A DNA stretch of 64,000 nucleotides from Candidatus Moraniibacteriota bacterium (GTDB lineage: Bacteria > Patescibacteriota > Minisyncoccia > Moranbacterales > GCA-2747515). The position numbers and the translations under genes were made by a program. Positions 38,907 through 48,906 of this stretch are shown here, piece by piece (positions within the stretch are counted from its first letter, which is position 1; each line of letters starts with the position of its first letter). The stretch covers positions 290,474-354,473 of the forward strand of contig CP065011.1 of NCBI GenBank assembly GCA_016699795.1, written 5' to 3'. Below the pieces are notes generated by a model, which searched no databases, was not told where the DNA came from, and worked only from the letters and a program-made list of their open reading frames with translations.

Positions 38907-41900
38907 CTACCCTCCCGTCCAAGCAAAGATTTCTTTGAAGTTCTTTATGATGAGTTCTACAACAGATTCTTTTGTTTGTGGTGTAAGGGTGATGTAGTCT
39001 TTGGTTATGGTTTCATTCCCACTCAGATCTTTTACTATGACTTTGTAAGAGTAGAGAGTTCCTGGTTTCCAAGAGGTGAGTACAATGATGTGATTCTTTG
39101 TTGGGGAAGAACTTACATTCACTGTTTTTTCTTCTCCTGCTCTTCCTTCTTTGTAGATGAGGGAGGAAGAAGCATCTTCATCTGTTTGCCAGTTAATAAT
39201 CATTTGTACTTTTCCGTTTTGTGAAAGAGCGGAGTCGGTAGAGACTCTTTCTACTGTAGGAGAAGTTTCATCTTTTTGCATAGTGAATTCTATCTCATCA
39301 GAGAGAGTTTCATTTCCCATATCATCTCTGACTCGTACAGTAAGAACGTAGTTTTCTCCAGGAGTGAGTTCTTTGAGGGTGAGGGAGTGAGTTTGGAGGA
39401 GGGAGGGATTTCCTTCACTCTTTTGATCTTCTTCTTTGTTTTTGTTTTTGTAGGTTACAAGAGAGTCGGTAAGAGTATCAGTAAGGAAGTTTACTTTTGC
39501 TTCTCTGTCTGAAAGAACTTCTATCTTGATTTCTTTGATTTGTGGTGGAGACTTTGGTTCAAAGGTAGAGTCGGAAGAAGAGAAGAGATTTTTTGATTCA
39601 TCTTCTCCTTTTACTCGGAAGTGGTAGGTAGAGTTTTCTAAAAGATTGTTTATGATAATTTCATGATCTTTTTTGAGTTCTTCACTTTTTCTTGTTTGTC
39701 CATAGTTTTCTGTGTTTCCATATTCAACAATAGAGGTAGTGGGAGTGGAAGTTTTCCATGTGATAGTTGTTTCCCCTATTTGTTTGGAAGAAGCTTTAAT
39801 GGAAGAGATGGAAGAAGGAGATTGCGTTTGGAAGGTTTGTTGGGAGGAGGTGCCTATGTTTCCGGCGGTGTCGGAAGATCCTGTGGAGAAGAAGTATTTA
39901 GTAGATGGGATGAGACCTCGAAGAGTTACGGAGTGGGAGGTGGTGTATTTGGTGGGGTCGAAACCTGTAATACTATCAATTGTGGCATATTCAAGGTCTT
40001 TTGTCGTACCATATTTTACTCTACTATCAGAAACTTCATCCGTCTCCCAACTCACCACTGCACTCTCTCCTGTAATGTCTTTGACTTTGACTCCTGAGAT
40101 AGAGGGAGGAGTAGATTCTGCTTGTTCACTTCCACTGTCTACTTGTTTGAGTTTTGTTGTGAAGCTTTTTTCTTCACTCTCTATGAGGGTTCCAAGATTA
40201 TCTTCACAAAGAAGTTTGTAGAAGTAGGTTGTGTTAAAGATGAGTCCTCCAAGATGCAGGGAATGGAGTGTGTCATAGATTCCTGTCGCTTCTGTTTGAG
40301 GAACTTCTTGGTAGTTTCTTGATTGGGTTCCATATTCAAGGATGCAGTTTGCTGCTTGATCCGTCTGGAAGGTTATGACTGCTTTTTGATCAGTGAGTAC
40401 TTTAGGAGGATCACTGATAGTATGAATCTTTGAAAGAGGTGCATGATTGTATTCTGGATCTAAGGTTGTTTTCATTGTTTGTATATCACTCTGTGATTCG
40501 TTTTGATTGATATCTTTAACACTCACTTGATATTCATACTCTGTATCAGGAGTAAGAGTATCGAGTACCCTGTAGTGAGATCTATCGTATGTTGTTCCTT
40601 GTTCTGTTTGTGTGAAGGTAAGGCTTCCTTTTTTTCTGTACTGAAGGAGGAAGGATGCTTCTTCATCTGTGTTTGCTGTAATAACTGCTTTGTCATTTGA
40701 GATAAGAGATGTTTGAAGATTCGTTATGGTAGGAGGTGTTTCGTCGAGTGTTGTAGAGAATTGAAAATAGTTTCCTCCATTATTGTCATTGGCAATGTTT
40801 CCTTGTGAGTCGGTGGAGGTAACGTAGAAATAGTAGGTGGTTCCTTGAGTAAGAGCATCTAAGGTTACTTGATGATTTTTTGTAAGAACACTTGATCCGG
40901 AGAGAGTGATAGGATCGATAAGAGATCCATTCTTGTTTTCACTGTAATGGAGTACAGAGTCTGCAGGGACATTCGTATTCCAGAATATGGTTGCTTGTGT
41001 GTTAGAAGCACTTGATACCGCTACACCACTGATAGAAGGTCCAGGATTCGTTGTGACTTCATATCCATTGCCATTATTGTCATTGACTCCGGTATTGCCT
41101 TGAGGATCAGTAGAGGCAACTCTAAAGAAGTAGGGAGTGTTTGGTGTGAGGTTGGTAAGAGTGACTCTATGAAGTCCTGATTGTGCTTGGGTGTCAGCAT
41201 AGGTAGAGACTCCTGTTTGTTTGGTATAGGTGTTGGGAGTGGTTGCATATTCTACACGAGAGTCAGAGAGTTCATCTGTTTCCCATGTGATAGTTACGGT
41301 TGTGGTGTCTTTAGATTCTACGGTTACGTTTTGTAGAACAGGAGGGGTTTGATCTGATCCTCCTCCACCTTCTCCGAAGTCTTGAATACCATTTGCTTTC
41401 ATCGTAACGGTTTGTGAGAAGAAAGAAACATTTCCTGGTGTGTCTGTTGTCTTTGCTTTGTAGGTGTAGAGAATGTCTGGTTGTGGGGTAGCATCAGTAA
41501 GGAAGTTTGTTGTTCTTGAGGTTATGATATTTTGAAGCGTATAGGTAGTAGCGTCATCACTTCTATAGAGTTTGTAGTTTCCGAATCCTGTTGGAGGTTC
41601 TTCTATTGTTTTGAATCCTACGAAGGCTCGGTATTCTGGAGGGGTAAGAAGCATATTACTCGTATCTTGAGAAATGACTCGTGTAGGAGTTTCTGGAGTA
41701 GTTGTGTGTATGGTTTGTGTTTCATTCCCGTATTGATCTTTGAAGCGAGTATAGACAATGTCGGGATCAGTTTCGAGTTTTATTGTTACCGTTGCATTAA
41801 AAGGTTCCCAAGGAGAGTTGGTAAGGTTTTCGTCAAGAGAAATCTTCATCTGTGTTGGAGAGTCATCACTGACTCCAAGAGTAAGAACAGATGTGGTGGA

Positions 41901-44900
41901 GGGAATGGTGAGGTCTTGAGTGGAAGCATCAACAAGGAGGGAGGGATTGGTGGGAGTTTTTGTATCGAGGGTAAAGGTATTTGATTCAGCTCGTGCGATA
42001 TTATTCGCTCCTTCATTGTCACTTACGGTTACACGGATTTTTGCATTGGTAAGATAGAAAGATTCACTTACGAGAGAAGGAGTCCAGGTAGCACTGTGTG
42101 TTGTGTACGTATCTTGATTCACTGTTTTGTTTTGTATATCTTCGGGAGCTAGAGTATTGGAAGCGATATTGATCCAACTACTTCCATTGTAGTATTCAAA
42201 GCTCGGAGTAACTATTCCTGGAGTATTGGTTCCGGTATTGGTATCTTCATCTTTTGTTTCGTACGTGATAGTTACTGTTTTATCAGTATTGGGAGTAGTG
42301 GTTACATTTTGAATCATAGGGAAAGCATTCACAACATAGCCTACTTTTACATCATCGACTTGAGGTTGAGAAAGAAGGTCAGGAGAAGAAAGATCTACTT
42401 TGTATTGAAAGAAGCGATCTTCAAAGATATCTTTCATATCTTGAGGGATAGCACTGGCTGTGCAACTTACCGTTGTATTGTTTTTTGTACAATGTGTAGT
42501 AAGAGAAGAGGGAGTAGATTGTGCTATTTGTATCCAGGGGGAAGAAGAAAGATTTCCTTTCGTTCCTGCAGTTTTGAGAGAAAGAGTTACTGAAGAACCT
42601 GTTGGGAGTATTTCATTTTCTTTCCATTCTATTGTTCCCATGACATTAGCATCACTACTGGAATCAAATGCTGAAGAGATAAGAGAACCAGCAAGGTATC
42701 CAGATTTAAGTGAACCTGCGCTTCCATCAGTTGCAGGTGCGGTAGCTCCTTTTGTTCCTCCGAGTGTTTGAATCGTTTGATTGGTAAATGTTTTGTTTTC
42801 ATAGGCATAGGCGATTCTTCCTCCTCCCCCTCCTCCTCCACCACCTTGTCCCGCCCCACCATTGGCTTGAAGCTTTCCACCGTTTATGGTGAAGTTTTTT
42901 GCATAGAGTATGTTTATAGATCCTCCTGATCCTCCTCCACCATTGGTGAGTCCAGCGCTACCGTTACTGGATATGGTTCCATAGAGGTTGAGATTGTTAT
43001 TCGTTCTGATTCGTATATCTCCTCCTCCTGTTCCTCCTGTAGACTTTCCTCCTCCACTTCCAAGATCTTCGGGAACAAAGTCATTTCCATAGGTGTTAGG
43101 GGAAGTTGCTCCATCACTACTATTTCCTCCTCTTCCTCCATATGTTCCTCCTGATCCATATCCAAGAGAGCCTGTTGTTCCTGCTCCTGTTCCAAGAGTA
43201 GGAGTGTAACCTTTCGTGTTGGTGTTTATGGATGCTCCTGTACCACTTACTCCATGAATAGTGAGATTGGTAGAAATGAGAGTTCCTGTTCCATTGGCTA
43301 CTATGTGTGAGGTGTCAGTAGAAGAGTTAAGAGTTCCTATGGTTATGTCTCCTGTAGTGTTAAGAGTGGTTCCTGTAGGAATGGCAAGAAGTCCTTTGTT
43401 TTTTACAATGATGTTTCCGAGAGAGAGGGAGTTGTTGGTGAAGTTGTCTTGGGGGATGAGGGTTTGGGCTGAAGTGGAAATGTTGTTGTTGTCTATGGTG
43501 AGGGTGCCATTGTTGGGGCCTTGAGAGACAGTTTCAGTGTAGATGGTTCCGGCAGCTCCACCCACTCCAAATGATTGCATTGTTACTAATCCGAAATCGT
43601 TTCCAGAGGTAAGTTTGACAGCAATACGTCCACCGCCACCACCATAAGTAGTATTTAAAGATCCGTTTGTATTCATAGCACCAAAACCTGAAAATATTTC
43701 TGTAAAAATATTTATCGTACCACCAGAGCCACCAAAAATACCTGAAGAAGAGATAGCTCCGTTAAGTATTAACGTTCCAGAGATAACTAAAATAACAGAT
43801 CCCCCACCAGATCCATTACTATAGGAATAACCAGATCCTAAATTAATAGGATCTGATATTGATCCATAAGTTGAGCATCCGGAAGATCCTTGTCCTCCAT
43901 ACGCTGGAGTCCCGCAATATCCTGGACCACTTCCTTGTCCATACCCCTTCCCATTCACATTAATTTGTCCTCCAGTTTGAACATCGAGATTTCCTCCGAC
44001 ATCCATAAAGAGTCGGTGGGTTTCTGCATTTGTATTTGCTGTGTGGGTGAGGTAACCATTATTGAGAATCGTAACATTCCCAGTAACGGTGAATTTGTTG
44101 GTTGGGGAACCGTTACTAACAGTAAGAGTAGAAGTAGTAGATCCTCCTCCAAGAGAAAGGTTCCCTCCTATAGTTTGAGGTGCGGTTGTAGTAAGATAGA
44201 TTCCATTTATAGAAAGTGTTCCGGAAGAACTAAGAAGCGTTCCTCCATTTACATTGATTCCACTTGTTCCAAGTCCGTCATTAGTAATCGTTGCTCCCGT
44301 AAGATCAAGAGTGGTTCCTGTGGGAACACTGATTTGTCCTTTGTTTTTTAAAACTAGATTTTTAATGGTCCATGTTTGGGTGGATGGGATAGCGGTGAAA
44401 ACTGAGGTTGTTTGATTATTATTATCAATAATCACCGTTCCATTTCCCGATCCTTGACTTGCTGTTTCGGTGTAGATAGTACCGGCGGCAGTGCCCAATC
44501 CTCCATACGATTGGATAGTAAGAGATCCAAAATCATTTCCCGAAGTGAGTTTAACGGCAATACGTCCACCAGAACCATATCCGTAAGCACCTCCTGATGT
44601 TCCTGTGTAACCATTAGTATAAATACTTCCTGAACCTGAAATATTTGTTGTTGTAATATTAACAGATCCTCCAGAAGAAGGTCTGTCACTTGGGGAGTGT
44701 GCACTTGCAATAATTTGCCCATTAAGAATGGTTGATCCTAAAATATTAAGAATAACAGCCCCTCCCCCAATTGTATAATAAGCTCCTGTTCCAAGATTTA
44801 TAGGATTAGTAAGAGATCCATATGTTGGTCCTACTGAACTAGCCTGTCCCCCATAAGAGCAATTACCACTATTCAATCCGGGACCAGCATTATTGTATCC

Positions 44901-46406
44901 CTTTTCTTTTACATTAATTTGTCCTCCAGTTTGAACATCAAGGTTTCCGTTAAGTGTAAGATCCATTTTATAACTTTCAATATTTCCATTCGCACTGTGC
45001 GTCATATACCCACCAGATTTTACGGTAATGTTTCCCGTAATTGTTGTGGGAGAATCAATAATAAGTGCCCAATTTTGAATATTAAGATTTCCATCAGAAA
45101 GTAAAATTGCTCCCCCACGAAGCGCAATACCATTTATTGAGTTCGCAGCAATTCCTCCACCAACAACAGAAATATCATCTATATTTCCAAAAATTACTCC
45201 TGTTACCGAATTTTGATTATCTAAAGAAACTGTCGTTCCTGTAGGGACACCAAGAACTCCTCGATTTTTTACTATCAAATTTTTAATAATCCACGTCTGC
45301 CCTAAAGGAATAGCTGTTGTATAAAAAGTAGATTGACTATTATTATCAATAATCACTGTTCCATTTCCTTCTCCTTGACTTGCAGTTTCGGTATAGATAG
45401 TTCCAGCTGATCCATTCCCTGACCCACCAACGCCCCCATATGCTCGCATCACAATAGATCCAAAATCATTTCCCAAAGTGAGTTTAATAGCAATACGTCC
45501 ACCAGCACCTGATCCGTAAGTTTGAGATACTCCGTTTACTTGAAACAATCCAGATCCTGTGATGGTTGAAGTTGTAACATTTATAGAACCTCCCGAAGAA
45601 CCCCTATCACTAGGAAGTCGACCATTTGCAAGAATTTGTCCATTAATTATAATTGCTCCCGAAATATTCAAAATAACAACACCACCTCCATTTGAAACAG
45701 TATATCCACTACTTCCAAGATTTATAGGATTAGTAAGAGATCCGTATGTTGGTCCTAAACCAACTTGTCCTCCATGAGAACAATTACCATTATTTATTCC
45801 AGGACCACTACCAGCATACCCCTTCCCATCCACATTAATCTGTCCTCCGGTTTGAACATCGAGATTGCCTCCGACACTCATGAGAAGTCTATGCGTTTCT
45901 GTTGTGGTGTTTGCTGTATGCGTAAGATAACCATTGTTGAGAATCGTAACATTTCCTGTAACATTCAATTTTTTGTTTGTATCATTTCCGTTGTACCCAT
46001 TACTCATAGTAAGAGTAGAAGTTGATGCTCCTCCTCCAAGAGTAAGAGATTGTATAGTAATGGTTCCACCATTTACATCGAGTGTAGGTTGATTCGTTCC
46101 TGTGTAATTTATAACAACATCATCTGTGCTTGTAGGAACAGTTCCTGTATTCCAGTTCGTTACTGTAGTCCAAGCAGTGCTTGTTGTTCCTGTCCAGGTT
46201 ACAGTGGAAGCATGAGTAGGAGAAGAAAAAGAAAAAAAGGCTCCAAGACATCCGAGTAAGAGGGAGAGAGAAAAAGAAAAAAATGATTGTCTTTTTATGG
46301 TTGCTTCATGCATCTTTTTTCTTTTTGAAGTATCGAGGAGAACACTCTTAAAAGTACCACAGAAATACCTTTGGAACAAGAAGGAATTTATTTTCTGTGT
46401 GTGCAA
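38907..46406 (-). CDS. Giant secreted surface protein with beta-helix-like repeats and fibronectin-III-like modules
   Basis: 2499-codon ORF. The likely start is the ATG at 46313 (MHEATIKRQSFFSFSLSLLLGCLGAFFSFSSPTHA, a signal peptide). The first ~1000 aa are Gly/Asn/Thr-rich repeat modules (GGNLDVQTGGQINV[DN]GKGY..., GGRIAVKLTSGNDFG...TIYTETASQG), then 10 or more ~95-aa FN3-like modules (T.I.W.TDE.SDS.V.YG...........H.V.L..L.P.T.Y.FRV...D..GN). Confidence 0.8.
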   Translation of the reverse strand: MHTQKINSFLFQRYFCGTFKSVLLDTSKRKKMHEATIKRQSFFSFSLSLLLGCLGAFFSFSSPTHASTVTWTGTTSTAWTTVTNWNTGTVPTSTDDVVINYTGTNQPTLDVNGGTITIQSLTLGGGASTSTLTMSNGYNGNDTNKKLNVTGNVTILNNGYLTHTANTTTETHRLLMSVGGNLDVQTGGQINVDGKGYAGSGPGINNGNCSHGGQVGLGPTYGSLTNPINLGSSGYTVSNGGGVVILNISGAIIINGQILANGRLPSDRGSSGGSINVTTSTITGSGLFQVNGVSQTYGSGAGGRIAIKLTLGNDFGSIVMRAYGGVGGSGNGSAGTIYTETASQGEGNGTVIIDNNSQSTFYTTAIPLGQTWIIKNLIVKNRGVLGVPTGTTVSLDNQNSVTGVIFGNIDDISVVGGGIAANSINGIALRGGAILLSDGNLNIQNWALIIDSPTTITGNITVKSGGYMTHSANGNIESYKMDLTLNGNLDVQTGGQINVKEKGYNNAGPGLNSGNCSYGGQASSVGPTYGSLTNPINLGTGAYYTIGGGAVILNILGSTILNGQIIASAHSPSDRPSSGGSVNITTTNISGSGSIYTNGYTGTSGGAYGYGSGGRIAVKLTSGNDFGSLTIQSYGGLGTAAGTIYTETASQGSGNGTVIIDNNNQTTSVFTAIPSTQTWTIKNLVLKNKGQISVPTGTTLDLTGATITNDGLGTSGINVNGGTLLSSSGTLSINGIYLTTTAPQTIGGNLSLGGGSTTSTLTVSNGSPTNKFTVTGNVTILNNGYLTHTANTNAETHRLFMDVGGNLDVQTGGQINVNGKGYGQGSGPGYCGTPAYGGQGSSGCSTYGSISDPINLGSGYSYSNGSGGGSVILVISGTLILNGAISSSGIFGGSGGTINIFTEIFSGFGAMNTNGSLNTTYGGGGGRIAVKLTSGNDFGLVTMQSFGVGGAAGTIYTETVSQGPNNGTLTIDNNNISTSAQTLIPQDNFTNNSLSLGNIIVKNKGLLAIPTGTTLNTTGDITIGTLNSSTDTSHIVANGTGTLISTNLTIHGVSGTGASINTNTKGYTPTLGTGAGTTGSLGYGSGGTYGGRGGNSSDGATSPNTYGNDFVPEDLGSGGGKSTGGTGGGDIRIRTNNNLNLYGTISSNGSAGLTNGGGGSGGSINILYAKNFTINGGKLQANGGAGQGGGGGGGGGRIAYAYENKTFTNQTIQTLGGTKGATAPATDGSAGSLKSGYLAGSLISSAFDSSSDANVMGTIEWKENEILPTGSSVTLSLKTAGTKGNLSSSPWIQIAQSTPSSLTTHCTKNNTTVSCTASAIPQDMKDIFEDRFFQYKVDLSSPDLLSQPQVDDVKVGYVVNAFPMIQNVTTTPNTDKTVTITYETKDEDTNTGTNTPGIVTPSFEYYNGSSWINIASNTLAPEDIQNKTVNQDTYTTHSATWTPSLVSESFYLTNAKIRVTVSDNEGANNIARAESNTFTLDTKTPTNPSLLVDASTQDLTIPSTTSVLTLGVSDDSPTQMKISLDENLTNSPWEPFNATVTIKLETDPDIVYTRFKDQYGNETQTIHTTTPETPTRVISQDTSNMLLTPPEYRAFVGFKTIEEPPTGFGNYKLYRSDDATTYTLQNIITSRTTNFLTDATPQPDILYTYKAKTTDTPGNVSFFSQTVTMKANGIQDFGEGGGGSDQTPPVLQNVTVESKDTTTVTITWETDELSDSRVEYATTPNTYTKQTGVSTYADTQAQSGLHRVTLTNLTPNTPYFFRVASTDPQGNTGVNDNNGNGYEVTTNPGPSISGVAVSSASNTQATIFWNTNVPADSVLHYSENKNGSLIDPITLSGSSVLTKNHQVTLDALTQGTTYYFYVTSTDSQGNIANDNNGGNYFQFSTTLDETPPTITNLQTSLISNDKAVITANTDEEASFLLQYRKKGSLTFTQTEQGTTYDRSHYRVLDTLTPDTEYEYQVSVKDINQNESQSDIQTMKTTLDPEYNHAPLSKIHTISDPPKVLTDQKAVITFQTDQAANCILEYGTQSRNYQEVPQTEATGIYDTLHSLHLGGLIFNTTYFYKLLCEDNLGTLIESEEKSFTTKLKQVDSGSEQAESTPPSISGVKVKDITGESAVVSWETDEVSDSRVKYGTTKDLEYATIDSITGFDPTKYTTSHSVTLRGLIPSTKYFFSTGSSDTAGNIGTSSQQTFQTQSPSSISSIKASSKQIGETTITWKTSTPTTSIVEYGNTENYGQTRKSEELKKDHEIIINNLLENSTYHFRVKGEDESKNLFSSSDSTFEPKSPPQIKEIKIEVLSDREAKVNFLTDTLTDSLVTYKNKNKEEDQKSEGNPSLLQTHSLTLKELTPGENYVLTVRVRDDMGNETLSDEIEFTMQKDETSPTVERVSTDSALSQNGKVQMIINWQTDEDASSSLIYKEGRAGEEKTVNVSSSPTKNHIIVLTSWKPGTLYSYKVIVKDLSGNETITKDYITLTPQTKESVVELIIKNFKEIFAWTGG
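41486..43467. repeat. Copy B of the 1982-bp perfect duplicate, inside the complete giant gene
   Basis: Same evidence as copy A. Flanking sequence remains homologous but diverges. Confidence 0.85.
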
Positions 46407-46437
46407 GAAAACTCATTGTTATGAGTTGGTTTATATT

Positions 46438-46575
46438 CTCCCTGAGAAAAAGGGAGTATTCGAGTTTTTGAGAGGGAAAGATTTGTATCCTCCTCAATCC
46501 CCCTTTTTTAAGGGGGAGTAATTAGCTCTGGATTGCCACGACTGAGCACAGCCTCACAAAGACGGAAAAGGAAAA
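46438..46575 (-). promoter_or_regulatory. Conserved 5' leader/upstream element of the giant gene (paralog of 3941-4130)
   Basis: Two blocks align to 3941-4130 with few substitutions. It lies 125-260 nt upstream of the 46313 start. Confidence 0.4.
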
Positions 46576-46702
46576 ACTTCATCACTCGAAAGGACAAAAA
46601 AAGAATTGGATACTCCTCCGCTTTTGCGGGGGAAAAAATTAAATACGAGAGGGAATAAAGAAAGATAAGAAGAAAATGAAAGGTAGAAACTAGATAATTT
46701 AC

Positions 46703-48136
46703 TTATGCTATTTCTATTCTTTCAAACAAAATTTTTCTTTCTCGAGTTTCCACCATAGAAAGAATTTTTTCCGCTGTTTCTGGAAGGAAAAATTTCAAAG
46801 CATCTGCAATGAGAGAAATTTCTTTCAAAAGATAGCGCATAGTTTCTACAAATTTTTCAGGATGAGTCTTTTTGAGCTCCCACGGTTTTTGCTCTTCAAT
46901 GTATTTATTGGCATTTCCTATTCTTTGCCATATCAATTCCAATGCTATGTTCATATCAAAGTTTTCAATATGCGCAGAAACATCAATTTTTTCTTTTATT
47001 TCTTCTTGAAAGAGAACACTTTCTTTCAGGGAAAGTGCGATAATTCTTGAAACAAGATTTCCCAAACCATTAGCAAGATCTGCATTATATTTCTCTTCTA
47101 ACCACTTCCATGTAATATCATTATCTTCTCCGAAATATCCCTTAGTAAGAAGAAGATACCTTGTTGCATCCACACCAAACTTTTCTACCATTTCTGAAGG
47201 AGCTATAACATTTCCCAAGGATTTGCTCATTTTTTTTCCATCGACACTGATAAAACCATTTATACCAATCTTTCTACTCGAAGGAAGACCCCCTGCCAAA
47301 AGCATAGCTTGCCACATAGCACTTTGCTGACGAAGATTATCTTTTCCTGCTATTTGAATAGCCTTTGGATTCTCAATTGTCCCCCAAAACTTTTCGAAAT
47401 TTTCTTGATCTTCAGGCCAACCCAGCGTAGAAATATAATTTGTGAGAGCATCGAACCACACATACATAACATGTTCATCATCTCCCGGAACAGGAATTCC
47501 CCATGGCATTTTTTCCTTTCTTCTGGAAATAGAAAAGTCCTGAAGTCCTCTTTCTACAAAAGCACGTATTTCATTACGTCTTTTCTCTGGTACGACAAAA
47601 TCTGGATACTTTTTATATATATCCAAAAGATTCTCACCAAAAGCACTAAATCGAAAAAAATAATTTTCTTCCTGAATACATTCTAATTCTTTGTTGGGGT
47701 GAAATTCACATTTACCTTCTTTGAGCTCTGAGTCTGTTTTTTCTAATTCACATCCCACACAATATTTCACATTATATTCTTTTTTGTACATATACCCATT
47801 TTTCTCTACTCGTTTCCACAATTCCTGAGCAGCACGAATATGATGCTCATCCGTAGTTCGTATAAAATGAGAATAATCAACATGCAATAAATCTTTTAAT
47901 TTTTGAAATTCTTTTGCATAACGATCTGCATACACTTTTGCACTCACCCCTTCCAAGAGGGCGTTTTGATAGATTTTTTGTCCATGCTCATCGGTTCCTG
48001 TATTAAAAACCACGTCCTCTCCACGTGATCTGTGAAATCTTGCCAAAACATCAGCAATAATAATCTCTGAAGCAAATCCTATATGAGGATCCGCATTCAC
48101 ATACGGTAAGGTAGTAGTAATATAAAATGATTTCAT
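46703..48136 (-). CDS. metG: Methionine--tRNA ligase (short form)
   Basis: Motifs PYVNADPHIGFA and KMSKSLGN, and an anticodon-binding helical domain. Confidence 0.9.
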   Translation of the reverse strand: MKSFYITTTLPYVNADPHIGFASEIIIADVLARFHRSRGEDVVFNTGTDEHGQKIYQNALLEGVSAKVYADRYAKEFQKLKDLLHVDYSHFIRTTDEHHIRAAQELWKRVEKNGYMYKKEYNVKYCVGCELEKTDSELKEGKCEFHPNKELECIQEENYFFRFSAFGENLLDIYKKYPDFVVPEKRRNEIRAFVERGLQDFSISRRKEKMPWGIPVPGDDEHVMYVWFDALTNYISTLGWPEDQENFEKFWGTIENPKAIQIAGKDNLRQQSAMWQAMLLAGGLPSSRKIGINGFISVDGKKMSKSLGNVIAPSEMVEKFGVDATRYLLLTKGYFGEDNDITWKWLEEKYNADLANGLGNLVSRIIALSLKESVLFQEEIKEKIDVSAHIENFDMNIALELIWQRIGNANKYIEEQKPWELKKTHPEKFVETMRYLLKEISLIADALKFFLPETAEKILSMVETRERKILFERIEIA

Positions 48137-48146
48137 ATGTTTATCT

Positions 48147-48842
48147 TTATTTTTTCAAAGGCGCCACAAGAATAACAAATTCCCCCCGACATTCTCCCGG
48201 ATTCTCCCGAAAATGCTGTATAATATCACCCACTTTTCCTCGCAAAATACTTTCAAACATTTTGGTAAGCTCTCTCGCTACGACAATAGTAACATCTGGA
48301 TTCATCTGAGCAAGAAGTTCCAAATTTTTTATTACACGATGTACAGAATCATAGTAGGCCACAGCAACATTTGAAGCCACTACCTTTTCAAAAAATGTTT
48401 TTCTTCCCTTTTTATGAGGAGGAAATCCTGCGAAAAAAAACTGTTGCATATCAAAGCCAGAAATACTCACTGCCGTAGCAAGTGCCGATGCGCCTGGAAT
48501 AGGAACAACCAAAAATCCAGCTCGAACAACCTGCTCTACCAACATATTTCCCGGGTCTGATATTCCAGGAGTTCCCGCATCAGTTACCAAAGCAATACTC
48601 TTTCCAGATCCAAGAAGGATCAAAATCTTTTCAATATCACGATCTTTGGAATGCTGATGGTATGAAATTGTAGGTGTTTGAATATTGTAATGAGTGAGAA
48701 GTTTTTTTGTTACTCGAGTATCTTCACAAGCAATTTTGTCGCACAAGGCCAAAACTCGAAGAGAACGAAAAGTCATATCTTCCAAATTACCAATGGGAGT
48801 ACCGATAACAAAAAGTGTTCCTCGAATAATTTCTTCGCTCAT
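48147..48842 (-). CDS. rsmI: 16S rRNA (cytidine1402-2'-O)-methyltransferase
   Basis: Tetrapyrrole-methylase fold GTLFVIGTPIGNLEDMTFRSLRVL...ACEDTR. Confidence 0.8.
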   Translation of the reverse strand: MSEEIIRGTLFVIGTPIGNLEDMTFRSLRVLALCDKIACEDTRVTKKLLTHYNIQTPTISYHQHSKDRDIEKILILLGSGKSIALVTDAGTPGISDPGNMLVEQVVRAGFLVVPIPGASALATAVSISGFDMQQFFFAGFPPHKKGRKTFFEKVVASNVAVAYYDSVHRVIKNLELLAQMNPDVTIVVARELTKMFESILRGKVGDIIQHFRENPGECRGEFVILVAPLKK

Positions 48843-48906
48843 ATAATTGTTTTCAAAATATTTTGAATCTTTTTCCTACATCTCTTACATTTTCCAAAAA
48901 AACATC

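Noticed and set aside
39157-46521. Many plus-strand ORFs (e.g. 39712-40221, 43890-44351, 45765-46025) inside the giant gene. Similar ones lie inside other genes (6358-6870, 26309-26716, 33832-34263, 63160-63816).
   Set aside because: These are antisense shadow ORFs overlapping long, well-supported minus-strand genes. They are low-complexity and have no motifs. Those at 47-3949 simply mirror the duplicated giant-gene DNA.
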